The notes: generated by a model from the letters alone, not told the origin. Counted from the first letter of the stretch, positions 28,217 to 41,499 are shown. The stretch: 64,000 bases of DNA from Octopus vulgaris (GCA_951406725.2 OX597818.1:53506001-53570000), one strand, 5' to 3'. Numbers and translations: made by a program.

Positions 28217-28275
28217 CATACATTTTTACATACACTTATATATATCTACATTATACATAATAAAGAAATATTTAT

Positions 28276-28347
<72 letters not shown>

Positions 28348-28629
28348 TAAATTAGAGACAAAACCACTATTAGGCAAATCATACAATGAAAAACTTAAGC
28401 CAATACATAAGATTATTTAATTTATATTATTTAAATATATAACAAAATTATTAAAAAAATATAATTAATATATCACTACGATCGTTTCATGGCTGTTAAT
28501 TTCTTTAAAATTTTTTTTTATATATATATATATATATGTGCATACAGGCACATAAATATAAATACAGATACACACATATATACTCATACACACAGATGTA
28601 CACATAGACGCTGATATATATTCATATAA

Positions 28630-28679
<50 letters not shown>

Positions 28680-29002
28680 AACATACATTCATATATATAC
28701 ATATAAATACACACATATATGTGTGTGTGCGTACAGATATAGATATAGCTATATATATATATACATATATATATATATACTCTTTATCATAAAAGCTGCA
28801 AAATATTCACAAGACTGTTATTCAAAGTTTCATGTTTCCGTTCGTCGGACAATTTTGGTGAATACTGAACTTTAAATTATATTTGCAAAACTGTGAATAA
28901 CAATTGTGTGAATATTTTGTTGCTTCTATCAATAAAGCATATTACTCTACTTTTGGTGTTCGAGTACTATTTTTACATATTATTTTGAACTTATGTGCTT
29001 AC

Positions 29003-29057
<55 letters not shown>

Positions 29058-29118
29058 TGCGCGCATGCATATATATATATATATATATATATATTCCTTC
29101 TGTTTCTTTCCTCGTGTT

Positions 29119-29156
29119 TCTTTCTGATGAAGAGCGTAGGCTCGAAATATAAAAGA
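29119..29156 (+). ncRNA. Minimal hammerhead motif, family H1 (intact core)
   Basis: TCTTT-CTGATGA-A-GAGC-GTAG-GCTC-GAAA-TA-TA-AAAGA. Confidence 0.65.
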
Positions 29157-29243
29157 CTTTCTCACCTTCCCGAGCGTCAAACTAATACACCTGCTTGTTG
29201 TTTATACACCTGTCTTCGTCTTTTGTTTTTCTGTAAATTTCAA

Positions 29244-29309
<66 letters not shown>

Positions 29310-29800
29310 TATAGGATAAAAATTTTTTCAGAAAAAAAATTTTTATCAGTGGCCAGCATATCAAAAAATGCCTTTAAAGGTAAAATTTATACATAATCTA
29401 CATGATAAGGGCAGAAGAAAAATTCTAATGCCAAATATGCCGAAACAAAAAATTTATTTTGTTGATAACCATTAAAGTTCGAATCACACGTGGCTCGAGG
29501 TGCGACGAAGTTTTTTCTATTTTGGATATATTTGGGGTACTTAAGTCTGCTCAGGACTTGGTGCTTGCTCTTTCCATGGGTATGAGTAAGTATTTCATTT
29601 ATATCTCGAGTATTTGCCGCTGAAGAGGGGAAAATTTCTTATGAATTAACCCCGAAATTGGACCAATACGGTAATAACGAATTTTTTTAGAGATTTCTAT
29701 CGGTTTGTTTCGGGACGCACAAATTGTAATGGTTATCGACAAAAAAATTTTTTGTTTCGGCATATTTGGCATTAGAATTTTTCTTCTGCCCTTATCTTGT

Positions 29801-29810
<10 letters not shown>
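29310..29810 (+). mobile_element. PLE-like inverted-terminal unit in (TA)n carrying a hammerhead
   Basis: ~90-bp inverted arms at ~29385-29475 and ~29722-29808; second copy at 45715-45980. Confidence 0.75.
29611..29676 (+). ncRNA. Type I hammerhead ribozyme (intact core)
   Basis: TGCCG-CTGAAGA-GGGG-(19 nt)-CCCC-GAAA-TTG-GAC-CAA-TA-CGGTA. Confidence 0.8.
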
Positions 29811-29855
<45 letters not shown>

Positions 29856-29861
29856 TATATA

Positions 29862-30203
29862 TATGAAATTAATATGAAAAGCAATGTTTCACTAAAAAGG
29901 AGAATTACAAATGTCACTAAATGTGACTAGGCTGTTATGAAATACCTATACTGCTAGAAATAAGAGCTAAATCACTCTAATACTGTAGTCAACACACATG
30001 AATTAAAACATATACACCAACAAGGACCATAATCGTCCGAAAAGTATACGTTTTCATTCATGTGCGTTAACTACACTTTAGAGCGATTTAGCTCTTATTT
30101 CTAGCAATGTAGGTGTTTCCTAACACCCTAGTCACATTTAGTGAAATTCATAATTCTCCTTTTTTTGTGAAACATTGCAAACTGCTATTTATATTAATTT
30201 TAT
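29862..30203. repeat. Foldback element with ~145-bp inverted arms
   Basis: GCAATGTTTCAC...AATAAGAGCTAAATC...CACATGAAT versus its reverse complement at ~30056-30200. The spacer holds a decayed GGAC-N7-GTCC-GAAA motif. Confidence 0.85.
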
Positions 30204-30259
30204 GTTTACAGATTAACGAATCGCTAAATCATCCAATCATTTCGATAGCGAAAACATAA

Positions 30260-30406
30260 ATATATATGGCGAAGCGAGTCCCGAAATAGCCGAAGCTGAG
30301 CTGTGTTAACTGATGAAGCAACGGAAATTGTCGAAACTGACGCGTCAGTATTGAGAATTCTCGATCGGCACTTTTCGAGCGACTATGGTCCCTGTTGACG
30401 TATATG
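30260..30406 (+). ncRNA. Candidate extended type I hammerhead ribozyme
   Basis: TTAA-CTGATGA-AGCAA-CGGAAA-TTGTC-GAAA-CTGACGCGTCAG-TA-TTGA (30306-30354), plus outer helices GAG/CTC, GCCGA/TCGGC, CGAAA/TTTCG, AGTC/GACT. Confidence 0.75.
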
Positions 30407-30479
30407 CTTTCATTCATGCGCATTATTTGAACTAACGCATTTCCCCTTGTGTTTGTGTGCCTACCTAACCAAAATGTTT

Positions 30480-30955
30480 TTCTTTGACCTCAACTTAACC
30501 CCCTTACATTGAAAAAAGTTTACTGTTTCTATCTTATCTTTATTACATGTATTTTGCGATAAGAAATGATACCGTTTGTTCTACTTGGTTTAAATCATTT
30601 TGTTTGCCTGTAAATAACACATTACATTACTTACAACATATCAGAATGGACCACAATGTTATAAATCTAGATAATTTACGTAAAGCTTCCGATTAAGCTA
30701 CAGACGCAGTAACTGCACCATACTTTGGCTAACATCCCCAAATTACTAAAGACTTCATCAGATTGGTTCGTGCAAAACAAGCGTCATTCACATTAGTTTT
30801 GATATCAGATAAACGATGTGTTTTATATCATGTAAATATGTCTACGTGTAATCCAGTGCAGGCTTCAAATAGAAGACTGTTGTGCTTTAAAAACTTACGA
30901 GAGATGCACAGTATAATTATAACACACATTTGACCATGACACAGATAGTGTTTTC
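30480..30955. repeat. Old dispersed repeat; inverted paralogue of 27335-27865
   Basis: See partner copy. Confidence 0.75.
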
Positions 30956-31207
30956 TCAATGCTACTAAGGGCATGACCGTGCGATTACAAGTTCACCTCC
31001 TAACTACGTCCTCCCGGGTAAGTTTCTCTGCGTGTCAGACTTAGACAAGTGTCTTCTGTTGTAACTTCCGTTTGAATACTTTGTGTGTGAAAGATGCCAG
31101 ACAGAAGGAGACTGTGCAGAAGCTGTTACTTATCTGAAAGTGCGTATGAATCTATGTATGATTGTACGTGTATAGATTGACCAATATTTTGCTAGAAAAT
31201 ACAGAAA

Positions 31208-31500
<293 letters not shown>

Positions 31501-31604
31501 TTCACTGTCCAGCTCAGCTTTATATGTCATTCCTGAAGCAACTTCTCACTGACATGGAGAGAGATAAAGAGTAATAGTTGCTAATAGAAAAGTTGAAGAA
31601 AAAA

Positions 31605-31845
31605 GCTGGTACTCCGTCGGTTACGACGACGAGTGTCACAGTTGATCCGATCAACGGAACAGCGTGACACAGAGTGTGACAAGGCTGGCCCCCTTTGAAT
31701 TACAGGTACGACTCATTTTTGCCAGCTGAGTGGACTGGAGCAACGTGAAATAAAGTGTCTTTCTCAAGGACACAACACGTCGCCAGGAGTCGAACTCATG
31801 ATCTTACTACCGTGAGCTGAATACCCCAAGCCACGCACCTTCACT
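31605..31845 (-). mobile_element. tRNA-derived SINE (head D, tail type 2)
   Basis: Core TTGCTCCAGTCCACTCAGCTGGCAAAAATGAGT; tail shared with 32600-32785. Related copy at 35690-36010. Confidence 0.8.
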
Positions 31846-31959
31846 ACGGTAGAGGAAACACTGCACACAAATATTATACAACACCCAGGTAATGTAAATA
31901 TGTACAGAAGGACCTCGGTTTTCGAACAACTCTGATCTCGAATAAATCATGCTTTATAT

Positions 31960-32325
<366 letters not shown>

Positions 32326-32368
32326 CATATATATTTCCACTCGTGCAGTATCTTACAACTTTACTTTG

Positions 32369-32418
<50 letters not shown>

Positions 32419-32419
<1 letters not shown>

Positions 32420-32785
32420 GAGGTGCAATGGCCCAGTGGTTAGGGCAGCATACTCGCGGGCGTAGGATCGCGGTTTCGATTTCCAGATCGAGCATTGTAA
32501 GTGTTTATTGATCGAAAACAGCCACGAGGGGCTGGGGTGGCGACCCTGCCGCATTCTTTCACCACAACTTTCTCTCATTCTTTCTTCCTGTTTCTGTTGT
32601 ACCTGCATTCACCAAGGGCCAGCCTTGTCACACTCTGTGTCACGCTGAATCTCCATGAGAACTACGTTAAGGGTACACGTATCTGTAGAGTGCTCAGCCA
32701 CTTGCACGTTAATTTCACGAGCAGGTTTTTTCCGTTGATCGGATCAACTGGAACCCTCGTCGTCGCAACCGACGAAGTGCCACCA
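32419..32785 (+). mobile_element. SINE family C (tail type 2)
   Basis: Head as at 12929, different 3' region. Confidence 0.85.
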
Positions 32786-32791
32786 ATATAA

Positions 32792-33440
32792 AGGCGACGA
32801 GCTGGCAGAAACGTTAGCACGCCGGGCGCAATGCTTTGCGGTATTTCGTCTATCTTTACGTTCTGAGTTCAAACTCCGCCGAGGTCGACTGTGCCTTTCA
32901 TCCTTTCGGGGTCGATGAATTGAATACCAGTTACGCACTGGGGTCGATATAATCGACTTAATCCCTTTGCCTGTCCTTGTTCGTCCCCTCTATGTTTAGC
33001 CTCTTGTGGGCAATAAAAAAAAAAAAGAAACGTTAGCACGCCGGGCGGAATGCTTTGCGATATTTCGTCTGCCGTTAAGTTCTGAGTTAAAATTCCGCCG
33101 AGGTCGACTTTGCCTTTCATCCTTTCGGGGTCGATAAATTAAGTACCAGTTACGCACTGGGGCCGATGTAATCGACTTAATCCCTTTGTCTGTCCTTGTT
33201 CGTGCCCTCTGTGTTTAGCCCCTTGTGGGCAATAAAGAAATAAGAAACATTAGCACGCCGGGCTGAATGCTTTGCGATATTTCCTCTATCTACGTTTTGA
33301 GTTCAAATTCCGCTGAGGTCGACTTTGCCTTTCTTCCTTTCGGCGTCGTTAAATTAAGTACCAGTTACGTACTGGGACCGAGCTAATCGACTGGCTTCTT
33401 CCCCAAAAATGTCGGACCTTATGCCTAGCGTAGAAAAGAA
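32792..33440 (+). mobile_element. SINE family B trimer
   Basis: Three tandem units containing GAGGTCGACTTTGCCTTTCATCCTTTCGGGGTCG. Confidence 0.9.
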
Positions 33441-33448
33441 TGTGTGTA

Positions 33449-33518
<70 letters not shown>

Positions 33519-34207
33519 GCACGATTTATTCGCGATCAGAATCGCTTCGAAACCGAGGTATGAGAATCTGTGTATGCGTATTGTTTATGTTAGTGCGTGT
33601 GTGCATATCTTCTTATGTCTGTGTGGAGGCCTATTCTTTTGTGATCGTGTATACGCGAGGCTGTTGTTATTATATTGTCTGGGTGTCTATATTTTGTTTC
33701 AATATGAATTAATGTTGCCTTTGTGCTCGTGTTTACATGAATTGCTGGCGTGCGAATCTATCTGTGTGTCTCTCGACTCCATTCCAGAGAAAAAAATAAG
33801 ACCGTTTCATGACTGACTTCTTTCACAAACATCGGTCAACACTCGCAAAGTATCTTTATGTAAGACTCCATTGTAGAAGACATTTGTTCAAGATGTTTGT
33901 CTCTGTTTGTATCCATATATATTCGTGTGCGAATCTAGGTGTGTATGTTTTCTGCGCATTGTTTGAGTAAATTGTTTGTTTGTTTGTGTTTGTGTGTGTG
34001 TGTGTGTGAGTATGTGTGATGATTGCATATTGTTTGGGTCTTTATACGTGTACGTATGTATGTGTTGATTGTGTATTGTTTGGGTCTTTATGTGTTTTTT
34101 TTATGAATCGGTGAGTAGTGTATTATTTGTGTTTTATTGGTGCGTATGCTGTTTTTGTATTGAACCATTTTTTTTTGTGTGTGAGAATATATATGTGCAT
34201 ATATATA

Positions 34208-34437
34208 ATAGAAATATTAAAATTTCTAAGTCTCTCTAAAGGAGATTACGGCAGCGTTACTGGATATTAATAGTTATCGACAAGCTAATATGGTAGTCTA
34301 TAAATATAAGACTAAAGCTGCCGCTGGTTAGCTCCAAGAGGCCATATAGCTAGCTAGAGGCGATGGCCTCTTGGAGCTAATCAGCGGCAGCTTTAGTCTT
34401 ATATTTATAGACTACCATATTAGCTTGGCGATAATTA

Positions 34438-34442
<5 letters not shown>
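34208..34442. repeat. Foldback copy of the 23545-24030 family
   Basis: ATAAGACTAAAGCTGCCGCTG.TTAGCTCCAAGAGGCCAT inverted around ~34350. Confidence 0.85.
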
Positions 34443-34481
<39 letters not shown>

Positions 34482-34483
<2 letters not shown>

Positions 34484-35152
34484 GAGAAAGTTGGTTTGTG
34501 AAAGCATGTGGTTGAATATATAGAAAATAGTAAAAAGTGAAAAAACTACAGAAGGCTTGTTTTAAAAGGTTAAAAAATATATATTTGAGTCAATATGTCT
34601 AAAGAATGTTATAAATTTTACAATGACATAATTTAGAAGAAATGACCGGTTTCGCGTTCAGCTTTTCAGATTTCTTACATCGTTATGTTTACGTTGAGAA
34701 GAGTTATCGTTATGTTTATGTTGAGTAGAGTTCCAGATAAGGGGAGGTAATAAGTGATTTCTTCTGGTGTAAGGGAGATAATCGCTTAAAATTTTTTGCC
34801 TTTCTTTTGGAGTGAATTTATCTGTAAAAGTATGTTGGAATGGTTAAGTTTGGGCTTGTATTTTTCAATGAAGAATGTTTCCTTGTTTAGTCTAATTTGT
34901 GTCGGTGTTCCGATAGCACATTGGTAAAATGGAAAGATTAAAAATTCTCAACATAAACATAACGATAACTCTTCTCAACGTAAACATAACGATGTAAGAA
35001 ATTTGAAAAGCTGAACGCGAAACCGATCATTTCTTCTAAACTATGTCATTGTATGAAAAAATTTATAACATTCTTCAGACATAATGACTCAAATATATAT
35101 TTTTTAACCTTTTAAAACAAGCCTTCTATAGTTTTTTCACTTTTTACTATTT

Positions 35153-35155
<3 letters not shown>
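34482..35155 (-). mobile_element. Highly truncated PLE: GIY-YIG C-terminus between inverted pLTR copies, each with a hammerhead motif
   Basis: Minus strand ~34830-34945 reads FLIFPFYQCAIGTPTQIRLNKETFFIEKYKPKLN (cf. 10533 ORF). Arms 34522-34725 and 34947-35155; HHR motifs at 34637-34676 (-) and 34996-35035 (+). Confidence 0.88.
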
Positions 35156-35229
<74 letters not shown>

Positions 35230-35231
<2 letters not shown>

Positions 35232-35566
35232 ACAAAGTGTAAAATTAATTAATTAAGAATTAATTAATAATATCACCAAGTAAAATTCGGCATGAAAAAA
35301 GGGTCATTTCACGGTAAACTTAAGTAATATTTAATAATTAGGGTTCAGCAATCATTTGCTTTACCACATATCGAAGTTTAGAAATAGCTGGCAAAAAACC
35401 TTAGCTATTTCTTTTACTTTAAAAAGGGACTCCCAGAGAAACTAAAATGCTTGAAAACAATTCACTTGGAAATTCACTGGGAGTCCCTTTTTAAAGTAGA
35501 AGAAATAGTTAACGTTTTTTGGCTGCTATTTCTAAACTTCGGTATGTGGTAAAGCAAATTATTAAG

Positions 35567-35567
<1 letters not shown>
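35230..35567. repeat. (TA)n-bounded unit with ~85-bp inverted arms
   Basis: ATTTGCTTTACCACATA...AAAAAGGGACTCCCAG (35354-35436) versus 35477-35560. Confidence 0.85.
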
Positions 35568-35598
<31 letters not shown>

Positions 35599-35689
35599 TT
35601 TGCGTGTCTGTGAATGCTGTGCTGCTTTTGTTTGTGCATCTACGTATTCTGCAGGTTCAGAGTATGACACTATAAGAAGATTCAATGAA

Positions 35690-36010
35690 AGAGGGTATAG
35701 CTTAGCGTTTGGGATATTCGACACGCAGTCGTAACATCCTGAGTTCGATTTCCGGCGGCGCGTTATGTCCTTGAGTATGACACTTTATTTCACGTTGATC
35801 CACTCCACTCGGTTGACAAAAAAAATGAGTTTACCTGTGATTTAAAAGGCCGGCCTTATCACACTCTGCGAAATGCTGAATTTCCCAGAGAACTACTTTA
35901 AAGGTACGCGTGTCTGTGGGGTGCTCAGCCACTTGAATGTTAATTTCACGAGCAGGCTGTTCTGTTGATCTAATCAATTAGAATTTAAATCGTCGTAACC
36001 GACGGAATGC
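35690..36010 (+). mobile_element. SINE (head D, tail type 2), diverged
   Basis: B box GAGTTCGATTTCC, core TGTCCTTGAG...CACTTTATTTCACGTTG, tail ...GTCGTAACCGACGGAATGCC. Confidence 0.75.
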
Positions 36011-36029
36011 CAGTGAGAAGACTGAGCAG

Positions 36030-36478
36030 CGAGCTGGCAGAAACGTTTAAGGTGGCGAGCTGGCAGAATCGTTAGCACTCCGGGCGAAATGCTTGGCGGT
36101 ATTTCGTCTTGCCGCTACGTACTGAGTTCAAATTCCGCCGAGGTCGACTTTGCCTTTCATCCTCTCGGGGTCGATTAAATAAGTACCGGTTACGCACTGG
36201 GGTCGATATAATCTACTTAGTCCTTTTGACTGTCCTTGTTTGTCCCCTCTGTGTTTAGCCCCTTGTGGGTAGTAAAGAAATAGGTATTTCGTCTGTCGCT
36301 ACGTTCTGAGTCCAAATTCCGCCGAATTAACAGATTAAGTCGATTAGATCGACCTCAGTGCGTAACTGGTACTTATTTAATCGACCCCGAAAGGATGAAA
36401 GGCAAAGTCGACCTCGGCGGAATTTGAGCTCAGAACGTAGCGGCAGACGAAATACCTATTTCTTTACTACCCACAAGA
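36030..36478. mobile_element. SINE family B with internal inversion
   Basis: Forward units to ~36325, then an inverted unit at 36326-36478. Confidence 0.85.
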
Positions 36479-37091
36479 ACGGCCGTATGAAAACTGGTTT
36501 CATTGAATAAAATACATTTCCGTTCGACTCACGTGCCTTTAAGCTTTCACTCGCAAGCGAGCACGAGCTGGCAGCTTGTGCCATACTTTCAATGACTGTT
36601 TTAGGTGCTCGTCTTCGTCCCGATAAGGTACGGCATAGACACCTCAGCACTCCCACTCTTAACCCACCGGGACACAGAAGAGGCTTGCACTAGTACTTAT
36701 CCGGTTGAGGGATCGAAACACAACCTTATGATCAACAGCCCAATACAGTAATCACTAAACCACAGCATTCACACACACACACACTAACTCATTCACGGGC
36801 ACGGAGTTATGTCTGTGTATGTATGAATGCGTATAGTCGTACATATACACGTACACGCGTTTAAGAAGACATACTTTATCAAGACATTGTATCGTAAACA
36901 TTTTACAATTCGTGTTGCTTGAAAGACACACAGTATCATTAATGACATCATGGGACTAGCGATCACGTCTGACCTCTCTATCAGAAACGCTATTTCTATA
37001 TTGCACATTGCACTCACTGCTTCCATGTTTGTACTGATTACTCAAAGGCTCGGCAACAGAAGACATAACATCTGGCACGATGACACATATC

Positions 37092-37126
<35 letters not shown>

Positions 37127-37239
37127 TGCATTTATACATACTTACACACACACATATACATATATACATACACGTATACATATATATTTATGTTTGTATA
37201 TATTTAATATATATATGTATATATATTATGTATATATTA

Positions 37240-37284
<45 letters not shown>

Positions 37285-37317
37285 AAAAAGGAGATGTGGA
37301 ACACGAGTTGTGATATA

Positions 37318-37562
37318 TAAAAAAGGAAATGAAGAAAATGCTGACAAAATAATTTAAGTAATTTAAGTAATTTAATTAGGTGAAAGTTCTTTTTACCGAC
37401 TGCGCATTTGTTATGCTTATCAAAATTTTTTTTTCCCCTCTTATCTGGATAAGAGGAAAAAACTTTTGATAAGCATAACAAATGCGCAACCGGTAAAAAG
37501 AACTTTCACCTAATTAAATTACTTAAATTACTTAAATTATTTTGTCAGCATTTTCTTCATTT

Positions 37563-37568
<6 letters not shown>
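37318..37568. repeat. Near-perfect foldback (~120-bp arms) in (TA)n with hammerhead-like motif
   Basis: Centre CCTCTTATC-TG-GATAAGAGG. 37464-37497 reads TT-TTGATAA-GCA-TAACAAA-TGC-GCAA-CCGG-TA-AA. Confidence 0.85.
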
Positions 37569-37617
<49 letters not shown>

Positions 37618-37838
37618 CACACACAAACACACACACATACATATATATTCTCTTATTCTTTTACTTGTTTCAGTCATTTGACTGCGACCATGCCGGAGCA
37701 CCGCAAAAGAGACCGATAGAATAAGTACAAGGCTTAGAAAGAATAAGTCCTGGGGGAGATTCGTTCGACTAAAGACAGTGCTTGAGCATGGCTACAGTCA
37801 AATGACTGAAACAATAAAAGAATTAAAGAATATATCTA

Positions 37839-38320
37839 TACGAGGGTAAGTCAAAAATTATCCGCACTTTCGCCATTACATATCTTTATTATTGTCACGC
37901 TGTCTTCTGCGAATGCATGCTTATAGTTGGTACTATTGTAATCATGTGATCAAAATTTGAGCCTGATTACATCATTTTCCTTTCTGGTTTTATAGTGTAA
38001 ACATGGCCGATCCACTACCAATGTGCATCAACGGAAAACAAAGAGCAGTGATCCGATTTCTATGGTCGGAAGGTGTGTCAGGTGCTGAAATTCATTGGAG
38101 GCTTTTAGCGCAATACAAGGACAGGGCACGACAGCGTAGAAGTGTGTGTGAGTGGATCGAGAAGTTTAAAAGTGGCTGGACACAGGTGACGCACGAAGAG
38201 GGAGCAGGACATCTGTCGACCCCCACCACTGACGAAAACGTTCAGCAAGCTCGAGAGATGGTAATGGTCAGCCGGTTCACCATTACCTTCTCCCGGATCA
38301 CTGATCTTTGTTCTGTTTGA
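37839..38320 (+). mobile_element. Mariner element left end with transposase N-terminus
   Basis: TIR-like TA-CGAGGGTAAGTCAAAAATT. QRAVIRFLWSEGVSGAEIHWRLLAQY...SVCEWIEKFKSGWTQVTHEEGAGHLST is the mariner HTH. Confidence 0.88.
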
Positions 38321-38346
38321 TATATATATATATATATATATATATA

Positions 38347-38641
38347 CTAGCAGTATCGCCCGGCGTTGCTCGGGTTTGTAAGGGAAATAACTATATAAGC
38401 ATTTTTAGAGAGTTACTTCCCTTATATAATAGCACAAAACTGCATTAAAAATGGGAAAAAATGATGGTAATTTTTTTTTTAATCGTAGACTCATCGTCGA
38501 CGTGCGCTAATACCCAGAAGGGCTCGATATGAATCACGACTATAAGATACCCGGTTTTGGTTAAACTGCACCGCAAAATGTGGGAGTAGTTAGGAATCTA
38601 AATCGTAGGAGACAGACACACAACTTCACTTTTATATATAA

Positions 38642-38644
<3 letters not shown>
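38347..38644 (-). mobile_element. Non-autonomous Helitron
   Basis: Minus strand starts TC and ends hairpin + CTAG; matches 25138-25534. Confidence 0.88.
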
Positions 38645-38699
<55 letters not shown>

Positions 38700-38702
<3 letters not shown>

Positions 38703-39000
38703 CATACATACATACATACATACATACATAGTCAATCTAAACAAGAAGAAGCAAGAAAACACAACAACGCGAGGACTTGGAACAAGTAGAGTGTTATTGG
38801 ACGCTCAGGAAAGGAAGGAAAGGAGGAGGATTTAATGTTTCGAGCGGAGCTCTTCGTCAGGAATATAGAAAAGTCCAAAGAAGGGAAGACGGAGAAAGAA
38901 AATCGCCAACGATACACACGCGGTCACACATACGTATGCATGTATGTATGTATGTATGTATGTATGTATGTATGTATGTATGTATGTATGTATGTATGTA

Positions 39001-39038
<38 letters not shown>

Positions 39039-39888
39039 CATATATATAGAGACAGGCAGACAGAGACAGACAGACACACACACACAAACCCTACACATAC
39101 ACATATTTATATATGGCACCAGTAAAGGTCAAAAAGTATCCTCACTTTCCCCAATACATTCTTTAGGTTGACTGCACTGGTTTCACTGCTCACGAAATAA
39201 CAGGTGATACTATTGTGCTTACGTAACTCAGGTTCGACGTTGATCGCTTCAGTTTTCTTCTTTGTGTTGCTGAGTAAACCAAGCTGCTCAGATTGCAGTC
39301 TGCATTAAAGAAGAATAGAAATCAGTGCTCCGATTTCTCTGGCCTGAAGGTGCGTCACAGGCACGGTTTAAATCCATGTTTTCAGTACAATACAGGGACA
39401 GTGCTTTACCGCAGAGAAGTATGTATAAGAAGACTGAGAATTTTTTCCAATGGCTGGACAAGCGTGAAGCACGAAGTGGGAGCAGTACGCCCCTTTCACC
39501 ACTGACGGGAAAATTTGACAAACTCGAGGGATGGCTCTGGCAAACCGGCGAGTGACCATCGATGAGGTGGCCTGTTCTATGCAAACTATTCATGGTTCTG
39601 CTTGCGAAATCACTAGGATGGGTACCAAAAGAGCTTACCGAAGCTCAGAAGCACATCCGTGTGCACACCTGTCAACGCTTACTTGACCACTTCAACAATA
39701 AATGCCAATTTATTTTAGGGGGAGTAGTCACAGATGAGTTATGGATTCATCACTTTGGCTTTTGAGCTGCTAGGATATCCTGCATAGAGCCCAGATCTCG
39801 CCCCTTCTGACTATCAACTCTTTAGACTGCTCAAACATCCTTTATGAGGTCGTAGTGTTGTAATAGACGTGTTATATATAGAGATTTG

Positions 39889-39958
<70 letters not shown>

Positions 39959-39975
39959 ATACATACATACATACA

Positions 39976-40007
<32 letters not shown>

Positions 40008-41432
40008 CATACATACATACATACATACATACATACATACATACATACATACATACATACATACATACATACATAGTCAATCTAAACGAGAACAAGCAAG
40101 AAAAAACAACAACGCGAGGACGTGGAACAAGTACAGTGTTATTGGACGCTCAGGAAAGGAAGGAAAGGAGGAGGATTTAACGTTTCGAGCGGAGCTCTTC
40201 GTCAGGAATATAGAAAAGTCCAATGAAGGGAAGACGGAGAAAGAAAATTGCCAACGCGCGGTCCCACATACGTATGTATGTATGTATGTATGCATGTATG
40301 TATGTATGTATGTATGTATGTATGTATGTATGTATGTATGTATGTATGTATGTATGTATGTATGCATGCATGCATGCATGTATGTATGTATGTATGTATG
40401 TATGTATGTATGCATGCATGCATGTATGCATGCATGCATGCATGCATGTATATGTATGTATGTATGGATGGATGGATGTATGCATGCATGCATGTATGTA
40501 TATATATACATACATATATATATATATATACATACATACATATATATAGAGAGAGAGACAGGCAGACAGAGACAGACAGACACACTCACACACACACACA
40601 AACCCTACACATACACATATTTATATATGCCACCAGTAAAGGTCAAAAAGTATTCTCACTTTCCCCAATACATTCTTTAGGTTGACTGCACTGGTTTCAC
40701 TGCTCACGAAATAACAGGTGATACTATTGTGCTTACGTAACTCAGGTTCGACGTTGATCGCTTCAGTTTTCTTCTTTGTGTTGCTGAGTAAACCAATCTG
40801 CTCAGATTGCAATATGCATTAAAGAAGAATAGAAATCGGTGCTCCAATTTCTCTGGCGTGAAGGTGCGTCACAGGCACGGTTTAAATCCATGTTTTCAGT
40901 ACAATACAGGGACAGTGCTTTACCGCAGAGAAGTATGTATGAGAAGATTGAGAATTTTTTCCAATGGCTGGACAAGGGTGAAGCACGAAGAGGGAGCAGT
41001 ACGGGAAAAATTGACAACTCGAGGGATGGCTCTGGCAAACCGGCGAGTGACCATCGATGAGGTGGCCTGTTCAATGCAACCTGTTCATGGTTCTGCATGC
41101 GAAATCACCCACGACAAGCTTCACTTCCATAAAGTCTGAGCGAGATGGGTACCAAGAGAACTTACCGAAGCTCAGGAACACATCCGTGTGCACACCTGTC
41201 AACGCTTACTTGACCACTTCAACAATAAATGCGAATTTATTTTAGGGGGAGTAGTCACAGATGAGTTATGGATTCATCACTTTGGCTTTTGAGCTGCTAG
41301 GATATCCTGCATAGAGCCCAGATCTCGCCCCTTCTGACTATCAACTCTTTAGACCGCTCAAACATTCTTTATGAGGTCGTAGTGTTGTAATAGACTTGTT
41401 ATATATAGAGATTTGTTATACACACACACACA

Positions 41433-41488
<56 letters not shown>

Positions 41489-41490
41489 CA
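38700..41490. repeat. Tandem duplication of a ~1.35-1.4 kb unit (HHR-bearing repeat plus decayed mariner transposase)
   Basis: 38731-39930 and 40075-41470 are collinear. Mariner motifs WVPKELT/WVPRELT, DELWIHH and SPDLAPSDYQLF occur in both. Confidence 0.92.
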
Positions 41491-41499
41491 TATATGTGA

